18,760 nucleotides of DNA from Candidatus Calditenuis sp. (GTDB lineage Archaea > Thermoproteota > Nitrososphaeria_A > Caldarchaeales > Calditenuaceae), in the NCBI GenBank assembly GCA_032249575.1, contig JAVVHL010000012.1, forward strand, positions 1-18,760, read 5' to 3'. Position 1 is the first letter of the stretch. Every line of letters starts with the position of its first letter. A program made the position numbers and the translations under genes. Shown here in pieces: positions 13,762-18,760 of the stretch. The notes under the pieces were generated by a model. The model was not told the DNA's origin. It saw only the letters and a list, made by a program, of their open reading frames with translations, and ran no database searches.

Positions 13762-15461
13762 CCCGTCGCCCCGATCTCCTCGACCGGAGGATTTGTCGCT
13801 GGAGGCGGTCACTCTCAGCTTTATCCCCTTCCTTTGAGCAGTCGGTTGGGTTGGGGCCTGAGGTCAGGCAGGTGATCGGGAGGGGAACTTGGATCGACAT
13901 GGTGGCCCATCGGCTCGTCAGAAGGGAGAAAGAGCTCGGCCGTTCGCTTGACCTGATCAGGACCGAGAGCGGTTTCGGAGCCAGCGGCATACCTCACATA
14001 GGCTCGATGGCCGACGCGGTGAGGGCCTACGCCGTCACGCTCGCCCTCAGGGACATGGGCTACAGGTCAGAGATGGTTCTTTTCTGCGACGACCTCGACG
14101 GCCTCCGTAAGGTCCCTGCGGGCATGCCTGAGAAGATGAGGGAGGACCTCCTGAGACCTGTGAGCCACATCGAGGACCCGTTCGGGAGCTACAGGTCCTT
14201 CGCCGAGAGGATGGAGGAGATGCTGAGGGCCGCCCTCGACGAGGCGGGGATCGAGTACGTCTTCTGGTCAGGGAGGGAGGCCTACAGGAGGGGATTGCTC
14301 GCAGAGCCTGCGAAGAAGATCCTGAGTCAGGCCGCGAGGATAGGCGAGAAGATCGAGGAGATGACGGGGCAGGAGAAGTTCAAGCGCGTCCTGCCGTACT
14401 TCCCGATATGCAAGAACTGCGGCAGGATCTACACCGCCGAAGCCCACTCCTTCGACCCAGAGCGTCTCAAGGTGAGGTACCGGTGCGTCGGCGTCCAGCT
14501 GAAGTCCGGATGGCATCAGGGATGCGGCTACGAGGGCGAGGCGGACGTCACGACCGATGACGGGAAGCTGGCGTGGAAGGTGGAATTCGCTGCGAGGTGG
14601 GCTGCCCTCGACATCAGGTTTGAGGCCTATGGAAAGGACATAGCCGACTCGGTCAAGGTCAACGACTGGGTCTCCGACGAGATACTCAGCCATCCGCATC
14701 CGTACCACGTGAGGTACGAGATGTTCCTTGACGCCGTAGGCAGGAAGATCTCCAAGTCGACCGGAAACGTCTTCACGCCCCAGATGTGGTACCGGTATGC
14801 GTCGCCGCAGAGCCTGATGCTCTTCCTGTTGAAGAGGGGCACGAGGACGAGGAAGGTGACGCCGGCCGCGATACCGAGGATGATGGAGGAGCTCGACCGC
14901 CTCGAGGAGTTCTACTTCAGGAAACCGAAATCGAACGACCTGAAATCGGCCAAGTTGAGGGGCCTGTACGAGTACGCTCACCTGCTGAGGGTTCCCGAGA
15001 GACCGAAGAGGAGGGTTCCTTACAGGTTGCTGCTCCAGCTAGCCCAGATCGCACCCCCTGAGAACGTCGAGGAGTTCGTGCTCCAGAGGCTCCAGAGGTA
15101 CGGTTACGAAGTCGACGATGATGCGAGGAAGAGGCTCGGCTACGCGCTGAACTACCTCAGGGACCTTTCAGTTAGGGAGGAGGTCCCGAAGAGGGTTGAG
15201 CTCGACCCGAAGGTGCTCGAGGTCATGAGGAGGGTCCTAGAGGTCGTCAAGTCCGGTGCAGGGCCGGAGGAGATCCAGTCGGCCGTCTTCAACATATCGA
15301 GGAGCCTCGACGTGGACCCCGTCGAGACCTTCAAGGTCTTCTACCGGGTACTGCTCAACCGCGAGAGCGGCCCTCGCCTCGGTCCCTACCTCCACGACCT
15401 CGGCCCCGAGTACCTCGAAAGGGTCCTGGCACCTTACATCACAGCAGGGACCGACGGCTGA
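13758..15461 (+). CDS. lysK: Lysine--tRNA ligase, class I
   Basis: GASGIPHIGSMADAVRAYAV (HIGH-type motif), a Zn-binding CKNCGRIY...CVG..C insertion, and KISKSTGNVF (KMSKS motif). GTG 13758 overlaps the priL stop (GTGA). Homology seems to begin near GTG 13872 (IGRGTWIDMVAHRL), which is an alternative start. Confidence 0.9.
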   Translation: MTRRPDLLDRRICRWRRSLSALSPSFEQSVGLGPEVRQVIGRGTWIDMVAHRLVRREKELGRSLDLIRTESGFGASGIPHIGSMADAVRAYAVTLALRDMGYRSEMVLFCDDLDGLRKVPAGMPEKMREDLLRPVSHIEDPFGSYRSFAERMEEMLRAALDEAGIEYVFWSGREAYRRGLLAEPAKKILSQAARIGEKIEEMTGQEKFKRVLPYFPICKNCGRIYTAEAHSFDPERLKVRYRCVGVQLKSGWHQGCGYEGEADVTTDDGKLAWKVEFAARWAALDIRFEAYGKDIADSVKVNDWVSDEILSHPHPYHVRYEMFLDAVGRKISKSTGNVFTPQMWYRYASPQSLMLFLLKRGTRTRKVTPAAIPRMMEELDRLEEFYFRKPKSNDLKSAKLRGLYEYAHLLRVPERPKRRVPYRLLLQLAQIAPPENVEEFVLQRLQRYGYEVDDDARKRLGYALNYLRDLSVREEVPKRVELDPKVLEVMRRVLEVVKSGAGPEEIQSAVFNISRSLDVDPVETFKVFYRVLLNRESGPRLGPYLHDLGPEYLERVLAPYITAGTDG

Positions 15462-15530
15462 GCTTCGGTGTCGGTCCGGTCTCTACAACAAACCTTATCA
15501 TCTTCCATTCAACTTGAAGTATTCAGGGAG

Positions 15531-15803
15531 TTGACGGACACGGTGCTGCTGCAGGTAAGGGTCAACGCAGCACTGCTCCGTAAGGTCGACGAGCTCTGCG
15601 CAGAGGGCCTTTTCAAGAACAGGAGCGATGCGGTCAACGACGCCCTGAGGTATCTCGTGCTTAGGTACTCGAGGACGAGTCCTGAGGGAAGGGCGACCGC
15701 GCTATACCTCGGCGGGAGACTACAGAAGTCCGGATCTCCTGTCGACCTGGTCTTCAGGGCTGCTAAGGGTAGAGCGGAGGCGAGTGAGAGGTGGACGCGG
15801 TAG
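15531..15803 (+). CDS. Ribbon-helix-helix (CopG/Arc/MetJ-type) DNA-binding protein, antitoxin-like
   Basis: TVLLQVRVNAALLRKVDELCAEGLFKNRSDAVNDALRYLVLRY is a textbook RHH (beta strand, helix, G-x-S/N helix-cap). It is followed by a roughly 45-aa tail. The ORF is open from GTG 15468, but the RHH should sit at the N-terminus. TTG 15531 or GTG 15543 lie about 30-45 nt downstream of a TATA-like CCTTATCA (15493..15500) and just after GGGAG. Confidence 0.7.
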   Translation: MTDTVLLQVRVNAALLRKVDELCAEGLFKNRSDAVNDALRYLVLRYSRTSPEGRATALYLGGRLQKSGSPVDLVFRAAKGRAEASERWTR

Positions 15804-16225
15804 GCTACGACGTCCTGGCGATCCACCACCTTGCGCTAGAAGACGACCCGAGATATCCCGACAACGAGGAGTACATCTCGATGACGAGGGGTTTGCCGAA
15901 GGCCGTGACGGTCATTGACCTGCTGAACCTTGTGGCCGTGGTGGCAGAGGCGGTGGGCGATAGGGCAGCCCGGGAGCTCTACCTCGCATACCTGAGGAGC
16001 GAGGAGCACGTAGTCCTCTTCCCGCCTCCACCGGTCTCTTGGGAGGAGCACATCGAGGACGTCTTCCCTGACCTTCTAAGGGGGCTCGATTACGTCGGCG
16101 TCCTGATCGAGCGGTCCCTCGAGACGAACCACGAGGTCACGCGTTACGTGACCTGGAGGAAGGAGTACAAGGGTAAGCTCAGGACCAAGGTGGTATCACC
16201 CTCGGAAGCCATCGGTAAGACCTGA
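15791..16225 (+). CDS. Hypothetical 144-aa protein (possible degenerate PIN-like partner of the RHH protein)
   Basis: The GTG start overlaps the RHH gene by 13 nt. The composition is protein-like. There is loose VapC-like spacing of acidic residues (YDVLAI..., VVAEAVG, GLDYVGVLIE), but the final T-x-D-x-D-F-like motif is absent. I recognise no family confidently. Confidence 0.5.
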   Translation: MDAVGYDVLAIHHLALEDDPRYPDNEEYISMTRGLPKAVTVIDLLNLVAVVAEAVGDRAARELYLAYLRSEEHVVLFPPPPVSWEEHIEDVFPDLLRGLDYVGVLIERSLETNHEVTRYVTWRKEYKGKLRTKVVSPSEAIGKT

Positions 16226-16276
16226 GGAATACCGGACGGGGTTACGCTTAACTCCCATCGATACGTCGTCTGCGCC

Positions 16277-16912
16277 GTGATGGCGCTTCACGACTTGCTC
16301 TCATACCTGAAGACCCTCGATCCGAAGGAGGTCAGCAGGAAGTGCGAGGTCGCCTACCTCCCTCCCAAGGAGGAAAAGGGGCCCAGGTACCTCGTCAACG
16401 TCCTCGACCTCACTTACTGCTTCCACCTGAGTGACGGCACCGCTGAGGAGGTGGTGAAGAAGGAGCCTGCGGACCCGAGCTTCTCGGCCGTAATAGCGAA
16501 GTACCTCGCCAACCAGGTCAGGTACGAGCCTCAGAAGGGATGGGTCGGGATCGAGAAGTTCGTCAACGCCCAAGCCTATCACAGCGAATACGTCAGGAAG
16601 GTCCTAAGGCCCATGATCGAGGCCTTCGGCACGAAGGCCGACCTCTTCATCCAGTCCGCCGTCACGACTGGAGGGAGGAAGGAGAAGCTGGGAGGGATCT
16701 CGTTCAGCTTCAAGTTCTTCCCGAGACTGTTGACGTTGGTCCAGCTCTGGCCTTCCAGCGACACCGTGCTGGGTCGTGCTGAGGTGAGCATCAAGTTCTC
16801 GCCTCACGCAGTCCAGTACCTTGAGGGGAGGGACGCGATGACGATCGCCGAGTTCCTGGTCAAGCGGCTGCTCCACAACAGGACGACGAGACGGAGATCG
16901 GTCACAGCCTGA
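16277..16912 (+). CDS. DUF3786-like protein
   Basis: The 211-aa ORF shows LSYLKTLDPKEVSRKCEVAY, then KGWVGIEKF...YHSEYVRKVLRPMIEAFGTKADLF...GGRKEKLGGISFSFKFFPRLLTLVQLW...EVSIKFSPHAVQYLEGRDAMTIAEFLVKRL. This follows the conserved layout I recall for DUF3786 (LDPeev..., W..f.eL..g..Y..aF..r...Pl...FG, GG, f.vfPrvp..v.lW, iLFD.sa..yL..ED). The assignment is from memory only. Confidence 0.55.
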   Translation: MMALHDLLSYLKTLDPKEVSRKCEVAYLPPKEEKGPRYLVNVLDLTYCFHLSDGTAEEVVKKEPADPSFSAVIAKYLANQVRYEPQKGWVGIEKFVNAQAYHSEYVRKVLRPMIEAFGTKADLFIQSAVTTGGRKEKLGGISFSFKFFPRLLTLVQLWPSSDTVLGRAEVSIKFSPHAVQYLEGRDAMTIAEFLVKRLLHNRTTRRRSVTA

Positions 16913-16913
16913 C

Positions 16914-17516
16914 TCAGCCGAGCGCCCTTCCCGGCCACTTGTCCTCGGGCGCCTTCTCCCTCGCGTTGACAGCTCGCGCCATCTGGAAGAGGAGCGTCGA
17001 GAGCCTGTTGAGGTACCTGACGATCTCAGGATTTACCTTCTCTCGATCTGAGAGGAGGACCACGGCCCTCTCGGCCCTCCTCGCCACGGCCCTCGCGAAG
17101 TGGAGCATCGCTCCGGGAAGGGAGCCTGAAGGGTAGACGAAGTGCCGCAATTCCTCCAACTCGGAATCTAGCCGTTCCAGCGCAGCTTCGAGCGAAGAGA
17201 CGTCCTCTCTGCCGATCTGCTTTATCCCCAAATTCTCCGGCACCTCCGATGCCAGCTCCGCGCCGATCCTGAAGAGCGCCTCCTGAACCTTCCTGAGCTC
17301 CGCTTCGAGGTCAGGATGCCTATCCCTCAGCAGCGACCTGCATACGCCTAGGACGGAGTTGAGCTCGTCGACCTCACCGCACGCCACGACCCTCGGATGG
17401 TGCTTCCTGACCCTCTTCCCCTCCAGAAGCCAGGTGCTGCCGTCATCACCGGTCCCGTACCTCACGTCCACCCGTGCTCCATCTGCAGCCATAAGGGTTC
17501 GTCGCCAACGTTTCAT
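16914..17516 (-). CDS. ATP:cob(I)alamin adenosyltransferase, PduO type
   Basis: GTGDDGSTWLLEGKRVRKHHPRVVACGEVDELNSVLGV..., LFRIGAELAS, LRHFVYPSGSLPGAMLHFARAVARRAERAVV and VRYLNRLSTLLFQMAR are canonical PduO/MMAB motifs. ATG 17516 has GGTGAGG 10 nt upstream. ATG 17492 is an alternative start. Confidence 0.88.
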   Translation of the reverse strand: MKRWRRTLMAADGARVDVRYGTGDDGSTWLLEGKRVRKHHPRVVACGEVDELNSVLGVCRSLLRDRHPDLEAELRKVQEALFRIGAELASEVPENLGIKQIGREDVSSLEAALERLDSELEELRHFVYPSGSLPGAMLHFARAVARRAERAVVLLSDREKVNPEIVRYLNRLSTLLFQMARAVNAREKAPEDKWPGRALG

Positions 17517-17580
17517 CGGCTGCCGTCCTCACCGGATTACACGTTAATTCCGGGACCGTCCAGCGTTAATCGGAAGCGCC

Positions 17581-18228
17581 ATGAGGTTCAGGGACAGGCG
17601 CGAAGCAGGACGGAAGCTGCTAGAGCTCGTCAGGAAGTGGGAAGTGAGGCCTGATCTGGTGCTCGCGATCCCGCGCGGAGGCGTCGTCGTGGGATACGAG
17701 GTTGCGACCGGGCTCAACGCAGGGCTCGACATCGTCATGGTCAGGAAGATAGGGGTGCCTGGGAACCCCGAGCTCGCAGCGGGTGCGGTCTCTGAGGACG
17801 GAGAGGTTTACGTCGAGCAAGAGGTCCTGGACCTTTACGGGCTCGACGAGTCCTACGTCAGGGAGCGAGCTGCCACGATGCTCGGAGAGGTTAGGGAGAG
17901 GGCCAAGAGGCTGAGGGGAGGTGCCGAGAGGATCGACGTCAGGGAGGCTAACGTCCTCTTAGTAGACGACGGGATGGCAACAGGGTCCACGATGATCGCC
18001 GGCTTGAGGTCTGTTAGGAGGCTGGGTGCAAAAGGCGTCAGCGTTGCAGTTCCCGTCTCCTCGAGGGAGGCGTTGCTCAGGGTCTCGAGGGAGGCCGACA
18101 GGGCCGAGGCTGTGCTGGTCCCGGAGGAGTTCTTCGCGGTCGGAGAGTTCTATGAGCATTTCCCCCAGGTCGAGGACGATGAGGTTGTAGAGCTGCTGAG
18201 GAGCGCCAGGAGGTCGAGGTGGGCATGA
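17581..18228 (+). CDS. Phosphoribosyltransferase-family protein (COG1926-like predicted PRTase)
   Basis: MRFRDRREAGRKLLELV...LVLAIPRGGVVVGYEVATGLNAGLDIVMVRKIGVPGNPELAAGAVSEDGEV and the PRPP-binding loop VLLVDDGMATGSTM. Confidence 0.8.
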   Translation: MRFRDRREAGRKLLELVRKWEVRPDLVLAIPRGGVVVGYEVATGLNAGLDIVMVRKIGVPGNPELAAGAVSEDGEVYVEQEVLDLYGLDESYVRERAATMLGEVRERAKRLRGGAERIDVREANVLLVDDGMATGSTMIAGLRSVRRLGAKGVSVAVPVSSREALLRVSREADRAEAVLVPEEFFAVGEFYEHFPQVEDDEVVELLRSARRSRWA

Positions 18229-18443
18229 GGGATCCTTTGACACTCATCGGCATCGGGCTGGTCATCGCTGGAGCCGTCCTGATCCTCGGGTCGTTGATGC
18301 TGAGACATCTGCCAGAGTTGAGGGAGGTCCACCCGCTCCTCTTCGTCTCTGTCAGGGTCGGCGACCTCACGATCGGGACATCGCCATTATTGATTTTGGT
18401 CCTCCTGGCACTTTACCTCCTTCTGATGTGGCCGCGTGCTTGA
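18225..18443 (+). CDS. Small two-TM membrane protein (DUF131/TIGR00304-like?)
   Basis: About 72 aa with two hydrophobic helices (LTLIGIGLVIAGAVLILGSLML and SPLLILVLLALYLLLMW) flanking a short polar loop. ATG 18225 overlaps the PRTase stop as ATGA (the ORF track starts at GTG 18219). The family guess is weak. Confidence 0.5.
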   Translation: MRDPLTLIGIGLVIAGAVLILGSLMLRHLPELREVHPLLFVSVRVGDLTIGTSPLLILVLLALYLLLMWPRA

Positions 18444-18472
18444 GGTGGCGTTCGGGCTCCTCCCAGGTCAAG

Positions 18473-18480
18473 TTCTATTA
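18473..18480 (+). promoter_or_regulatory. TATA-like element upstream of tRNA-Leu
   Basis: TTCTATTA is centred about 30 nt upstream of tRNA position 1 (18507). Confidence 0.35.
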
Positions 18481-18506
18481 GCAAGTTGTGGGCACCTCTT
18501 CTCAGG

Positions 18507-18591
18507 GCGGGGGTAGCCAAGCCTGGTCAAAGGCGCAGGGCTCAGGACCCTGTCCCGTAGGGGTTCGTGGGTTCGAATCCCACCCCCCGCA
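18507..18591 (+). tRNA. tRNA-Leu (anticodon CAG), class II with long variable arm, no intron, CCA not encoded
   Basis: Hand fold: acceptor GCGGGGG/CCCCCGC, D arm GCC-AAGCCTGGTCAA-AGGC, anticodon stem CAGGG/CCCTG with loop CT-CAG-GA. The variable arm is TCCCGTAGGGGTTC. The T arm is GTGGG-TTCGAAT-CCCAC, with discriminator A followed by CCT. Confidence 0.92.
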
Positions 18592-18609
18592 CCTCTCGAA
18601 TCCTCTGCG

Positions 18610-18619
18610 TTCTTTATTT
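18610..18619 (+). terminator. Oligo-T tract downstream of tRNA-Leu
   Basis: TTCTTTATTT lies 19 nt after the tRNA 3' end. Archaeal RNAP terminates at T-rich tracts. Confidence 0.4.
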
Positions 18620-18676
18620 GGGAGAAAGGTGCAGGTACGGCAGTTGCACCAGATGACAAAAGTACAGCGAGATTTG

Positions 18677-18698
18677 CCTTATAAATCCTTTATAAAGG
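18677..18698. promoter_or_regulatory. Tandem consensus TATA boxes, the second inside the perfect palindrome CCTTTATAAAGG
   Basis: CCTTATAAA (18677..18685) and CCTTTATAAA (18687..18696). CCTTTATAAAGG (18687..18698) is self-complementary, so it could fire in either direction. GTG 18721 lies about 27 nt downstream. Confidence 0.45.
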
Positions 18699-18720
18699 GG
18701 CGGAACGATATATCCAAATA

Positions 18721-18760
18721 GTGGCCTTAGGAATCATTTGTGCGAAGGGGTGCCGCGGCA
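18721..18760 (+). CDS. Possible 5' end of a leaderless CDS (MALGIICAKGCRG...), truncated by the window edge
   Basis: The only support is a GTG at the expected TATA-to-TSS distance and an open frame to the window end. There are too few codons to judge. Confidence 0.2.
   Translation, partial: MALGIICAKGCRG

Noticed and set aside
18507-18591. Checked the tRNA for an intron, a split gene or unusual features
   Set aside because: The anticodon loop is a normal 7 nt (CTCAGGA) with no bulge-helix-bulge insertion. Position 8 is T. It is an ordinary class II tRNA-Leu.
18468-18721. ORFs 18468..18659 (minus) and 18488..18721 (plus)
   Set aside because: Both overlap the tRNA-Leu gene and its flanks. 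They are artefacts of reading through a structured RNA gene.
1-18760. Searched by eye for CRISPR repeats, IS elements or transposases, integrases, rRNA and long direct or inverted repeats
   Set aside because: I saw no regularly spaced repeats and no transposase- or integrase-like ORFs. The only notable repeats are short promoter-region palindromes, reported separately. A computational repeat scan would be needed to exclude subtle ones.

Overview
This GC-rich window is from an archaeal chromosome. The evidence is class I LysRS, archaeal-type GlyRS, aIF2-alpha, Nop10, PriL, RNA polymerase subunit D, tRNA-splicing endonuclease, and AT-rich TATA boxes about 26 nt upstream of starts. Heavy AGG/AGA arginine use and R/E/V/L-rich proteins suggest a (hyper)thermophile. 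The window is densely packed, mostly housekeeping, and largely plus-strand. Left to right it contains: a partial HD hydrolase, GlyRS, a 4-TM membrane protein ending in a C4HC3 zinc finger, and an Lrp/AsnC regulator, all on the minus strand. Divergent from the regulator is the HMG-CoA synthase / thiolase / DUF35 mevalonate-entry operon. Then come a two-thioredoxin-fold protein disulfide oxidoreductase, a cut-down rpoD-L18e-L13 block followed by an orphan winged-helix gene, DUF47-EndA, and a second winged-helix orphan. Next is a tightly overlapping chain aIF2alpha-Nop10-HD-PriL-LysRS, then an RHH plus unknown two-gene cassette, DUF3786 tail-to-tail with a PduO-type corrinoid adenosyltransferase, a phosphoribosyltransferase coupled to a tiny membrane protein, and tRNA-Leu(CAG). 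I found no CRISPR array, transposase, integrase or rRNA. Most long ORFs opposite the called genes are GC-driven antisense shadows. I see no clear multi-gene novel system. The best candidates for follow-up are the membrane-anchored RING/PHD-like zinc-finger protein, the RHH plus uncharacterised 144-aa pair, the orphan wHTH gene sitting where rps9 is expected, and PriL homology that extends upstream of any canonical start codon. All family assignments come from motif recognition by eye, not from database searches.
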